The notes under the pieces were generated by a model. The model made no database searches. It had not been told where the DNA came from and saw nothing but the letters and a program-made list of their open reading frames with translations. From assembly GCA_013265495.1 (NCBI GenBank), contig MU063351.1:1467845-1531844 (forward strand): a stretch of DNA of 64,000 nucleotides, given 5' to 3'. Of this stretch, positions 49,914 to 62,401 are shown in pieces. Each line of letters begins with the position of its first letter. Position 1 is the stretch's first letter. The translations under genes were made by a program, and so were the position numbers. The DNA is from Vicugna vicugna. Its lineage: Eukaryota.

Positions 49914-52316
49914 AAAGGAACACAGAATGTCACCTGAATTATGTCACAAAAGCTGCCCCAAAGAGAAATCAGATACTACTACAGTGTAATATCTTAGGGG
50001 AAAAATTTTTAAATCAGCACTTAGGGCTAAAATTACATAGGATCAAAATGACCCTTGAAAATCCCCAAGGAAGGCAACATGTTGGAGACACACAGTCCCT
50101 CTGTTCAGGCCAACACATCCAGATTTTCCTCCAAAGGTGGAACAGATGACCATGACTTTGGCTGAAACCAGAGAACTAGCTCCTGTTTAGAGACTATGTG
50201 GTAACAACAATATGTTGAACCAACCAATATTAAAGTCACACTCAGCACAAGGAAAAGTTCGCACCATGAGCAGCACATGGAAACTAAGACAACTGAGGGA
50301 ACAGCGGGTTCTTTCCTGCCCTCTCCTGCGTGCTCCAAGGCAAACACTCACTGGCTGGAGTAGGGAGCAAAATTATCTAAGTATAATTGTGTTTGTTTAA
50401 GCTAAACACACAGTTAATAAGATTCCATTCTATTCAGAAGGAAAAAAAAACAATGGGAAAGAAGATACATCAAAGTGGTGAACTTGACCCCACAACTGAA
50501 GACCCAGTGTCACTCACTCAAAATCTGTTTGAATGTTTAGTCTCACCCGCAAATACACTTGGCTGAAAGTCCAAAAGAGAGTAATTTTTCCTTAGATTCT
50601 CAAAATTATCCTAAAGGCGGGGAAAGGAGCCACCACCTCCAGAGTAGACACTGCCCCAGAAGAGTTTAATTTAAGAAAAGCCACAGTCTGTTTTCCACTG
50701 ACTTAACAGATAGTTGTGGCCTATGGAAGACAAAAGTGACAATGGCAACAGATTCAAACCATGTTCTAAAAAGCTGAGAAGCTAGAGGAGAACACTTCCT
50801 AGTTCCAGAGTCCAGAAGCATGCGATTCATCCGAAGGTTGCTGGAATAAGATGTGCTGTGAACACAGCTAATTTTAAACCGCTTCGCTTACAGCATTAGA
50901 AACCCAACTTGAACACTGAACAGTCACTCTTCTATAAAAGCCTTTTGGCCACCTATGACCATCCCATCTATCCAAGCATCAGGACCAGGCAAGCCCATGG
51001 CAGAGGTAGGTGACTATGTCTGCATTTGAGAGAAGCTGCATAGGGATCTGATTCTGAAGTGTCCTCATTTCATGTCCTCTTAAATTGCCATCAGCCTACT
51101 CCTGCCTAAGAATGTGAGTCCCAGACTAGCCTTGTCTTTCCCCCTGGGTTAGAGAAGAAAAGGCAGAGCAACAATGGGACAGCATGATGAGAGGACAGGG
51201 GGTGAAGAATTAAGATCTGAGAGGATACACAGAGATGGAGGCTGCCACCAGAGAGGCTGAGCAGGGCATAGCACAATCGTCACCCTCTGCAGCGTCCAAC
51301 TGTTCACGCACAAATACTGACTGACCATCTGCTTGTGCACACCACTCTGCTGGGCTTTTCTCATGTTTGACTGTCTTAAGGGGGTATTGTTTCCAACGCC
51401 TTTTTTATTGAGGGTCTCTGGTTCACTGGGCGAGTAAGCACCAGCTTTTCCTTTCTGTATGGCGGGTCACACGTCTCACCCCACCTTTCCGCAGTCAGAG
51501 GCCCCCAGCCCCAGAGGCAATGAAAAGAAGAGGAGAATTCAGCCATAGCTCTAAGACAGGAGAATTGCCTCAGATGTGGTCAGCTTCGAAATCAAAGCCG
51601 GCACTGGGTTCACACAGTGTTCAGTGGTAAAACAACGCTTCATTTTCACTGCAGATCCCCGGAGGAACATTTTTAGAACAGAAATTTGAGAACACTTGGA
51701 TTATTCACTGAAGCTAAAAAAGGGAAGCCAATGAGGGTAATTTACAGTATTACAAGAGATTTTCGAGTTCAGAGATCGAGGGCAGAGTCTATAAGATTCC
51801 AACGCGAGCTAACATAAAGCAAGAGTTGTACGTGGTGAGGCTGACTGAGGATCCATTTCCTCTTCTGATGGAAGAAAGATGTCTGCAGTCCATTTGCCAT
51901 TTCTCAAAAGGACCGTATTCTGCCTGGGGTTAAGCAATTGAAGAAACCGTTGTTCCAAAGCCACAGAGTTCATCTTTTCCTTGATTTAGCGAAAACGTGC
52001 CCATCTGTGACAATGCAGATTTGGGCAGTTAGAAAACAAGATAAAGACAAGGAAATCCCACTGTTTTCCAAAAGCTATTCTCAAGACTGAGACTAAGGTC
52101 TCTACTCGCCTTGACATTGTTTATAGATCTAGCTTTCTTTCCTGTCAAAACTATATTTACTTTAAAAAAAATTAAGTAACAGTGAGCATCGATAAGCTAA
52201 TGTCCTGATGTACCTACACCTGCATGAGACAATGCTAAGAGCAGATCATTAAAAAGTACCAGACAGGGACTGCAAGAAAGGGAGAGCAGAAAGCGGAAGC
52301 CAACTCCTTTCTTACC

Positions 52317-52454
52317 TCAGAATGTTTTGTTCCAAAAACATCCCTCTCAAATAATCCAGCTATTCATCTCACTGAATGAAGCAATAAACCACGGTAAAAC
52401 CATCAAGCTCAGCACAAAATAACTTTTTGGTATTGTTATTCCATTGCCTTGAAT
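52317..52454 (-). other. Candidate non-coding/5'UTR exon (138 nt)
   Basis: Acceptor cattcttcctattcAG, donor GAG|GTAAGA at 52316; stops in all three frames; last ATG gives an open MFLEQNIL into the donor. Confidence 0.35.
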
Positions 52455-52798
52455 CTGAATAGGAAGAATGACTTAATGGTACTAACACTGAGAAAGAAAA
52501 AACTGCTGATTGCCAAAGTCTAACCTATAGTTTATCATCTGATTACAGCAGAGGAAAAAGACCAATGTCCATTGTACAGCCTGGTGCAAGAGCCTAAAGT
52601 GCAGAGTTGTAGGTGAAGAGGAAGGGAGCTTTGGGATAAAAGACAAAAGGTTTCTAACCGCTTATATATGGACTTCCTGCATCAATATTGGAAAGCAAGG
52701 AGGGAGCATCTGCTGTTAGGACTGTTGAGGAATTTCTGGTGGACACACTGCCTAGGTCCAAGGCCTGCAACCTGACTCCCACCCCACACACAATTCCT

Positions 52799-52838
52799 AC
52801 ACACACACACAGACACACACACACACACACACACACAC
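52799..52838. repeat. (CA)n microsatellite, ~20 units with one interruption
   Basis: Seen directly. Confidence 0.95.
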
Positions 52839-55040
52839 GTACAGAAGTTGCCAGAGGAGACTCTGACAGTACGCCACTAGCATACCCTTCCCAGGAGGGC
52901 CAGGGCAAGCCAGAGGGTGGGCAGACACGTGAAGTGCACTGAGGGGCTCCCTCAGAGGGGCTGCAGCACTTGGCAGAGGAGTGGAGTTCCTCTGGCAGAG
53001 GTGGTCCGTGTGAAAAAATTCATCTGCCCCAGAATTAAAGTGGCCAATTGTGAGAATCTAAGACCCGCCTCTTCATTACCCTCCACCCTCATTCCCACAG
53101 GCACTGGGTCTCTGATACAACACTGTAAATTTACATCAAATGTAAAAGTTTCCTGTTATTTGAATCGGAGGGATTTGTGCATTTGAACCTGAAGGGAATC
53201 TACCCATTCTGTGCAGTTCTACTGGACAAATTCTACCTGTTTCTGAAAGGTCCCTCCTCAACTCCTACTTTATTACAAGATGGTAATCATGTACACACCA
53301 CTATCGATAAGAATGAAAAAATACATTCTAGCCATTCTTCTGAAAAGACTGTATATTTAACCTGCACTAAAGTCCTACACATACAAAGCACATGGTGCTC
53401 CCATGTCCTCAGGAAAACATACTGGCTGATACCACCATACCCTTAGTGCTCATGGCCAGCAGCTCCTCTCTCAAAAGCCTGCAGGCTTCTTCTCCCACCA
53501 ATTGCGTAGTAGGCTTTCCAAGAGTCAGTTAGAAGTAAAGGGGTGTGCCATTTGTACTTATTCTAATTATATAATTCAATTAAATATTATGTTATCTAAT
53601 GAAACATGAAAAGAGAGTCATATTTTAAGAAGCAAATCAAAATATTTTAAAGAATCAGTAAAGATGAGTTGCTAAGAAAATCTGCACTCAAATTGGCTAC
53701 GAGTGACAAAACTGTTAATGACAGGGAAGAAGAATAAAAACTATACAAGGACTCTGGACTCATTATATCACAAGTATCTTTAAGATCTTGCTCCTATTTT
53801 AAAAAACTGACACTGGAAATCATAGGTGATTCATTATGAGTATGGTTTATGTAAGAGAGATGATATGAAGAATCAGCAGGCCAATATTCAAAGGAAAGCC
53901 TTGACCGTACACTAAAAGATTGGCTAATATTATGTGCATTGATCTATTTTATTTCAAAAGATGTGTCTGTATCATTTTCTATGATTCCCCCACCTTAATC
54001 AATTTCTTACGATTAACCAACTACTGGTTCTAGTCACAAGATAATAAGAAGACTACTGCCAAAGACAAATCAACACAGCTATAAAAGATGTTATGGTTCA
54101 AGTAGAGAGAACAGAGTTGAAAAATAGGAGGAAATGCTTCCCTTTAATTGACTACAAGGGAGAAAAGACATTTAAAAACTTTTGGAAACTAATTTGCCAA
54201 ATGACTAGCCCCGTAATAACTAGTTCAATGAATGACCAATTCACTGAGCAATCATCTGACAGATATTTTGGATGGCAAAATCTGTCATAGTCATTGCACC
54301 AGGCCAATGGAAGAAGACCCACAGGGGCAGAAGCAAAAGCAACAGGGATGGAGTAAAAATGATTAAGACAACAATTAGTGTTAAAAAAAAAAAACAAACT
54401 TGATCATTCCATACAAAGTGCTAAATATTCTAGAAACACTCAGGATCTAGAATATAATACACAGGCAATGTTGATATTAAACAGCTGTTAACCAATATAT
54501 CTCCAGAAGAAGAGATGACACCAATGACACCAGAAAGAGGAGGGAGGAACCAACCTCAATTTTTCAGCAAATTCATCATTTGGTCAAATGATTACTGGAG
54601 AAGTAGCTTTTGAGGAGGAGTTGGTCATTCACCAAATGGCTTTTGGTGATTTCATATTGGGTAAAGTAGCCAGATTCTGAGGCTAAAAAGAGGAATATAG
54701 TGGCTTGAACAAAGGAATCACTTTATTCTGAAGTTAGTTTCGTGAGGTGTGGCACTAGGTCCATTTCATTTACTGCTACATGAGCAGCACTTATCTCAGG
54801 GCCCAATACATAGCAGACACTCAGAAATAGTTTTTCATAAGCAAGTATTGAAGATTAATAACAGACAGTAATATTCTGTACACAGGTCAGGACCCAGAGA
54901 AGGGAAAGCAGTGGGTAAAGGTTGTGAAAGCTGCACCTGATCCCATCCATAAGGAGGAACTCACTGAGGAACTCAAGCAGTCAAATAACATGATGAAAGG
55001 AAGGTGTAGGTAGATTAATCTGTTTGTAACTAGTAGGATA

Positions 55041-55180
55041 NNNNNNNNNNNNNNNNNNNNNNNNNNNNNNNNNNNNNNNNNNNNNNNNNNNNNNNNNNNN
55101 NNNNNNNNNNNNNNNNNNNNNNNNNNNNNNNNNNNNNNNNNNNNNNNNNNNNNNNNNNNNNNNNNNNNNNNNNNNNNNNN
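55041..55180. other. N-run (140 nt) at the 5' side of an L1M
   Basis: Ns seen directly. Confidence 0.95.
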
Positions 55181-55480
55181 ATGCTAAGTTCAATAAGCCA
55201 GGCTCAAAATGACAAATGTTATAAAATTTCATTTACATGAGATACCTAGAGTAGCCAAATGTGTAAAGGCAGAAGGTAGAATAGTGGTTGTCAGGGGCTG
55301 GAGAAGCAGGAAATGGAGAACTAGTGTTTAATGGACACAAAGTTTCAGTTTGGGACTGAAGATGGGTAGTGGTGATTGTTGCACAATGATGTGAATGTAC
55401 TTAATGCCACTGAACTGTATCCTTAAAAAAAATGTTAAAATGGTAAATTTTATGTTATGTATATTTCACCACAATAAAAT
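55181..55480 (+). mobile_element. L1M (L1MB-like) 3' end
   Basis: atgctaagttcaataagccag...gagatacctagagtagccaaat...ggttgtcaggggctgg...atggtaaattttatgttatgtatatttcaccacaataaaa. Confidence 0.85.
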
Positions 55481-55699
55481 AGTCTAGAAGTCAGAGAGAG
55501 AAGAGATAGATTGAAAAATTACATTTTTTCCTCATGACTGAAGCAAAGCATTTATAGTGTAGAAGATTTGAGCTAGGTTGGTTATCAGATAGCGTATCAT
55601 GAGGAGCCATGGCAACTCTGATAGAGGGTGGGCTTGGTACTGATGTTTGAATGATTCTAGCTAGAATATTCACAGTCATTCATGGAGTTTAAAAAAAAA

Positions 55700-56070
55700 A
55701 AAAGAAAGAGGAGAAACTGATAACAGGATGATCCAGGAGGCTATTTCATCTATACTTGGTCTAACCCAGGGTCCTGGCAATGGAAATAGAAAGGAAGAAA
55801 AGAATTTATAACAAATCGTCACAAAAGAAGTACAAATGATTTGTTGGTTGATTGGATACAGGAAGGGCTTAAGAAAAAGAAAACATCAAAGTTTTTAGCC
55901 TGGGACTGGAAAAATCATGGTACCATTAAGAGAAAAGGTATGGCCAAAAGAAGGAAGTGGTTTACAAGTTAAAATGATGATTTCCCCCTTTGCCATGTTA
56001 AGTTGGAGGTGACAAGAGAGAAGCAAGATGGGGAAGTCCAGTAAGCAGCTGGAGATTTAAGTAAGTGATG
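55700..56070 (-). mobile_element. L2 LINE fragment
   Basis: tttttagcctgggactggaaaaatcatggtaccatt...catgttaagttggaggtgac...gaagtccagtaagcagctggagat. Confidence 0.6.
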
Positions 56071-59000
56071 CAAAACAGGATAGCTAGCTCAATCTACCAA
56101 AGGAGGCTGGGGAAATCAGCCTCACTATGTGGCAGCTGGTAGATTAATAATGGCTTTCAAATAAAAATAACTAGTATTTAGTGCAGTAAACAGTCTTCAC
56201 TGAAAAAGATTGATTACTACCACAGAAACAAGCCATTGAAAAAGTTATGAAATAAATCGTATTTACATCCTTTAGTCTAAAATTAAGAACATTCTATTTA
56301 GATGAATTATAACGTCCTTCATATAGTATGCTGAAATCATTTCTGAGACATTTCCTTAGATGGACTAATGGAATCAAAGGAGAAAACTTTAGGATCTATG
56401 CTATCAACTTTTCAATTCAGTTTTCTGAATTATTCAATCTGATATTTCTTGGTCTAATAACAACATACATTCTAACAACATAGTGTATGAAGGATTGCCA
56501 ATACCCTATCCTTTGGTAATATTTTCATGCATCTAGCCATTCAACAAAACATGTATTGACACAGAATTAGAGTGGTAGGAATGCAAAGAGGAATGACACA
56601 CATCCCATGCCTTGGAAGAGCTCACAGTTTACAGAGGAAAACAGAGTAGATGAAACGTAGCTCCTAATCTAGTACACTAACAGTCTTACCCAGACTCCTG
56701 GTGTAAGTCACCTCAAAAAAATGCCTATTTGTAGTGTTTCCCTTCATTTTTAGAAAGGCTTGATCATATTAACAGTTGATTAGAGCAAACTATTACAACC
56801 AATTACTACGTCCTTGGTTAACCAATACATATGTAATTATTATAATTATTACTTTAGATGTATGGAGAAAAATAGGTGATAGCAGTTAGCAAGAAAGGAG
56901 AAAATGAGCCATCAAGTTACCAAATAATTTTGAAGCTCCTCTCTACTTAAATATGTAAAAAGTACACTTTGAATAGCCCAGAATCAACAAGACTACACAG
57001 TCACTCCAGCTGGAACTTTTTTTTTGCTACTTTTACTATCTGTGCACTTCAATCTGGCATGTTAAAAAGAAGGACTGATTCATTCTGTTCACTATTATTT
57101 TGTGAATGTATCCCTCTCTCCCCAGATATCATGCCAGCTCCTTAAGGATAAGAATTATGTCTTACTTTTGAGATTCCTATGAGCCTAGAGTGGGTTTTAA
57201 TAACTATTTGCTTAATCTAATTAAATTAAGCACGTGCCTTGAAATCCTGTGTCAGTTACATTATATTGTAGAACGCTGCCAAATTAGTAATTAAACATGC
57301 CATCTTTGGTTAGCACCAAATGATTTCTTTTTGTTGTTTTTTAATATCTCTTTCTCACAGCCAGTTCCTACAGCTTTGGAATTTACAGTATTTTCATATT
57401 TCCATAATGACACCTGCTGGTAGGAGAAGAATGGATGAACTGCAGGAATTTTATTCAACTAGCTGTAGTCAGCCATGGTGCGGTCTGAAACGTTCCTCAA
57501 TATGAAAAGAGTATGTCTCAGTGACTCCAAATACCCAAGCACTAAAAATATGACAAGATAAGGTAAGTACTATTTCAATGCTATTTTCCAGCCAGAATTA
57601 AAACGTATCCCAGTCATCTCTGTACAAAGCAAAACTACTGCAATTAAGGGTAGTCATTATTAACGGCCATAAAATTATCAACTTCTGTTAAATATTCTAC
57701 TCCATGGAAGACTTGGCATTTAAAATATGGCTTCAGGAGATTATCAATCTCTTTAACTTTTTCTATTGTTTCATATGATTAATTAATAGATCAAGGTTTA
57801 AGTGGCCCAGAAGACAATGAGTGGGGTGTTTGTCTCAGTGATAACTTACATGTCTTGTACTTTGGGAGAATAAGCCCAGCCACCTCTGGAAACATGGCGG
57901 GAAGCTTAGGAAAAGCCCTAGGTCTTCTACAACACCCAGATAAGAGACATGGTGGCTGCGCGCATGTTTTGCATTATAAGCTTCAGGACGGACAGGATGG
58001 TGCCTGGCTCACATCCTCAGTCCTCGGCACACTCCCTGGCACACAGTGGGCGTGGATGAACAGTTTTAAACGCTTGTGTGTGTGTGTGTATGTAGCAGCC
58101 ACATAGGCTAGATCCTGAGTAGATCTCATCCAGACACCCCAATGGTAACCAAAATAGGTGGGTTCATTTTGATAACACCTGAGTGAGTTTATTTCACTTA
58201 GTAGTTTAGAAAGCAGGAAAATTAACCAAGATGACCTCAAAAAAAAAAATGGATAAGCTGTATGCACCCAGGTTTCTTAAACAATTGGCAGGTAATCTAT
58301 AACTTATTAGGACATGTATTACATAGCCTCCTCCTTATTTAACCAACAATTCCTCTTCATTAGAGATCAGTCATGTGTGCCAGTTACGGGGGAACAGAGG
58401 TAGTCTCAGAACAAGTTTTCTTTCTAGCTGCCTGCAGATTAGGTTCCACGCCGGTCTTCACTCAGCTGACAGTCTACTTGTGATTATTTGGTCTTGCAGG
58501 CATGCTCACTTGTCAGACTTCCCTGGGCTTGCTTGTGTTTGATTTCTTTCATACAGAGAAGGAATAGCTTATCAGCAAAGCATGTGAAGTAGACTGATTC
58601 TGATTCCTCATTTGAAAAACATTCCCCTTCTAAAACATCACAGCAACGGACCTAATAATCATGCTTATTAGTCAAAAGCTGCAGTTTTCTTTCAAAAAAA
58701 AATCCTCTGGGCACTTTAAAGGTCTTTCTTTTTACTCCTACTGTATGTAGATAGACTATGAATCAATTCAGTAGCTATTCCAAACACCTACTATATACTA
58801 GCCCTGGTAGGAACTGAAAAAAATGTATTCTTGGCTCTTGCCCTTGAAGAAATGAGTTCATAGTCTAGCATCATAGGCATTAAGCTAGTCTGCTCTGCAG
58901 ACTAACCCATACTCCGAGAGCAAGACAGTGGTTAGCAAATTTCGTGTTTCCACTTCCCACCACCCACCACACAGAGACTATGTCTGCATGTATGTGGCTG

Positions 59001-59233
59001 AAACAATCCTATCAGAAAGGCTGCACTGTCCCAGGGTACGACACCCCTGAGCAGCAAACCCCAGTTCCCAGATTCCTACATTTCATGAGAATCTAGCACA
59101 TGGCTTGGAGCTTTGCTTATCAATATTTTTTTATTGACAGATGAAGTTTTGAAGAAAAACTTTGGTGATTCAGAATTATCTAATTCTTCAGCCATAGAAA
59201 TGAACATGAGAGAGAGTGTGTGTGTATGCATGC

Positions 59234-59260
59234 GTGTGTGTGTGTGTGTGTGTGTGTGTG
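59234..59260. repeat. (TG)n microsatellite
   Basis: Seen directly. Confidence 0.95.
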
Positions 59261-59532
59261 GTGGCAGACATACTGAATTCGAACTTTCAGCCCAATATGC
59301 TACACAGCTGATGAAAGCACTTCATTCTTTGCTTTATACTGAGAGAAAATACCATTGTGATTCATTTTATCTAGGGCTTATTAAAGACAAGAATCACAGG
59401 GGAAACCCCATCTCTCTTTTTAATAGCCTCATATCAAAATTCATTTTGAAAAAGACAAAATATTTCCTCCCCTGGGTCCCTGACCTAAGGTAAACCTGTG
59501 AACCATTGAAGGGAGAAGGAGGAAAAAAGGGA

Positions 59533-59735
59533 ACTAATATTTATCAAGTGCTGATCACATGCACAGAGCTATGCTAAGTGCTCCTTTAGGTCTTACAACA
59601 ATCCTGTGAAGAAGGATCATCCAAACTTTAGAGCTGAGGAAACTAAGGTTCAGAGAGGCTAAGAAACTTGCTGAAGCCACACAGCTTGCAGGTGGTAGAA
59701 TCCAGGTTTCTCCTTCCATTACAGCACGTTGCTTC
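59533..59735 (-). mobile_element. MIR SINE
   Basis: cttacaacaatcctgtgaag...gctgaggaaactaaggttcagagaggctaagaaacttgctgaagccacacagc. Confidence 0.75.
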
Positions 59736-59794
59736 TCTTCACAGGTACTCCCAGCTGCTACTGAACATGTCCACCTGCGAGAGTGAATGTGTGG

Positions 59795-60000
59795 AGAGGA
59801 GCAGATTCAGGTCTGACGGGGCCTAAAGCTTATACAGATGTCGTGTCTCTCCTTAAGGAAAATAAAATACAAAATTCTATACGAAAAAGATTATTGAAAC
59901 TGAGTAAAGAAATAACACAATTTTTTAAAAGATGGTAAATACCACAAATATTTTCTTTCAATTTTCACTTTTGGCTTTCAACAGAGATACATCTTTCCTA
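59795..60000 (+). mobile_element. hAT-Tip100 (Zaphod/MER115-like) left-end fragment
   Basis: gagcagattcaggtctgacgggcctaaagcttatacag...ccttaaggaaaataaaatacaaaatt...aaataccacaaa resembles the recalled consensus. Confidence 0.5.
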
Positions 60001-60646
60001 TCATATCTGAATTTTTGTATGAACAATAATTCTGGGAAAAAATACAAAATTAATTGAAACTAAGACAAACAAGAGAACAATTCAAATGTTCCTAAATTGC
60101 ACGGGGTTACCTAAGTAGATAATTGAATTCCCCTTACATCACATACTGTGGCTTACTGATGAATATGTGTGAGAGTTTTGTCACCAGAATACTTGCTTCT
60201 CTTGCTCTGGTGGCAATTCTGCACATCTTTCCCCCTGAAACCACCAGGTTTTGCTGGGATAAGATGCAACAGGTACGACACGACAAGATCCAGGATGGGA
60301 TATGGAAAGCATGCATCTTCTCACACATTCTTGCTGTACTGCCTGCAGTCTGAGCCCTACAAACCCAAGAATTCTGATAAAATCTATTCCATGCTATTCA
60401 CATGAAAAAAAGAAAATATATATAGTGGGTTTATAATTGCACATTCAGCATAATCAAGCATATTCCAGACAAGAGAGTATATTTGGCTAGGCATCAATCT
60501 TCCGCTCACAATTTTATGTCTGCTGAAGGTAAGACTTTTCTTCTAAGAAACTTAGCTTCTCAAACCTTTTTCCCTCCACCATCCCTGTAGTTCCAGTGAT
60601 GCATGCCATAGGACTGGCTCATGTCCTTAGGACCTCTGGCTCTCAC

Positions 60647-60721
60647 CTCGGCTCACCCATACATGCTGGTGAATGGCGTATTCCCAGAAGCCATTCTGCA
60701 TGCAGATGGCCATGAAAGGGA
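60647..60721 (-). other. Candidate 75-nt symmetric exon, open in one frame (xPFMAICMQNGFWEYAIHQHVWVSR)
   Basis: Acceptor tttatgtggtttgcAG, donor GAG|GTGAGA at 60646 (alternative TGG|GTGAGC at 60656); 17 of 24 codons end in G/C; no protein recognised. Confidence 0.25.
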
Positions 60722-60954
60722 CTGCAAACCACATAAAAATATCCCGCTAAACTACATGGATCCCCATTTCAACTTCCTCTTAGCCAGATCCAAAATATGC
60801 CCATCACTCAGATGGCAGCTGACAAATTGTGATGGAAAGGAAGTCAGAGGGGAAAGAAAAGGTGATCCTGAGTAACTGCATTTAAAACAGCTTGTTTTTG
60901 CAAAATTTAGAAACACACATGATCCCATGGACACACGGGTAGCACCTCTTGCAG

Positions 60955-61124
60955 AGTCTTCCTAATTGGATTGCTGGAGACTGGCTGCTGGTGTGGAATA
61001 GACCGTACAGAACACAGAGTTGGAAGAGAAGCAATCCAAGGATGGAGAAGACATTTGATAAGTCTAACAAAGTCCCTGGGTGCCCCTGTACATCAGCTAA
61101 GACTCGGTTGAAAGCGGACACCAA
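60955..61124 (+). other. Candidate 170-nt exon
   Basis: Acceptor cacctcttgcAG, donor CAA|GTAAGG; one frame open for 56 codons; no homology recognised. Confidence 0.25.
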
Positions 61125-61949
61125 GTAAGGGAGGAAGAGTGAAGGTCGAGCAATCATCTACACTTCAATGATTTTAATAAACTACAGTCAGCCAGTGAGA
61201 CTGAGAATCTCCCCCAAACGTCGCCTCCATGATCCCCTCTAAGAAAACTTTGGAGACCACGACGGTACAACCCAATAATTAAGATTAACCTTTTAGCCTT
61301 TTTTTCTCCCAAAGTGGTCATTTCTTATTTTCCTCACAGGCTTATAATGGGTCACTCTGTACAAAAATTAGCAGTACTATCGTCCAGTCATTATTTTTAA
61401 GAACCCGCTATAGACTGTGAGGCTGTGATTATTGTCTTTTTTTCCCTCTTGTCAGCTCATCAAAGCTTACATGTCTAGTTTCAGGGAAGGCAAATTGGTT
61501 TTCGTCAGACTGAAAAAATTAATATGATCCTCCACAAAAAGGCAGTTTGAGGTCGCTTTATTCCATTTCATATTGCCTGTAGAGCTGATCCTTCAAAGGG
61601 AAATACTCATTAATTTCAGCTCCGAAGGACACACAAAATTGACACCACAGGATTTGAGGCCTTCATTCATATGTCTTAGATAAACAAAGCTCTTTCCCCT
61701 CCTGTTGCTACCTGAATTGGCTAGACAGTCCAGGGAGCTTGGGAATACCTCTCTCCCCAGACACAGTCCCACAATCTTGCAACCCTCTCCTAACCCCTAA
61801 ACCCAAATGCCCAATGCAGGCTTTTCTAGCAGTGGTGAGGTTGAAAAAAACGTCTTGCCATCTTGCTTAGGGCTCGAAAACAAAATCACATCACAGTTCC
61901 TCTTACCATAAAGCTGACTCACAAAAGAAAGGAAACACAACACTTAATC

Positions 61950-62290
61950 ACTGGCTACAGTGTACTTGTGTGTAACGTGTGTTCATACGTGCTTCATACA
62001 TACCCTTTTGAGGTCAACACTATTATGCGTATTTTTTTAGGTAAGGAAACTGAGGCTAAGTAAGAGATACTTTCCCTAAGCACTTGGAGCTGTAAAGCAG
62101 CCGAAGCAGTATCCAAACAGGAGACATCTGACATCTTGTGAAGTGGGGAGACCATGGCTCTGGGCTTAGCTCACGGCTCTGCACAGAACAGCAGTGTGAC
62201 CTCTCTCCTCCTCATACAAAAGGGGTGAGAACAGCACCCACTTCGGAGGCGCTGCAAAGGCTGAGTGAGTGGTGAATGCAAAAGGCCGGC
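61950..62290. mobile_element. Two adjacent head-to-head MIR fragments (minus ~61950-62130, plus ~62140-62290)
   Basis: ggtaaggaaactgaggctaag (antisense core) followed by agcagtgtgacctctctcctcctcatacaaaaggggtgagaacagcacccacttcggagg (sense). Confidence 0.55.
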
Positions 62291-62401
62291 AACTGAAGGA
62301 TACTCAGTAACTTTGCTACTTTCTCTTCTTCTCAAGCTTCTTGGAAGCAGCAGGCCGCATCTTTCTTATCTAGCACACACCCAGCCCTTAGCGAAGTATC
62401 T

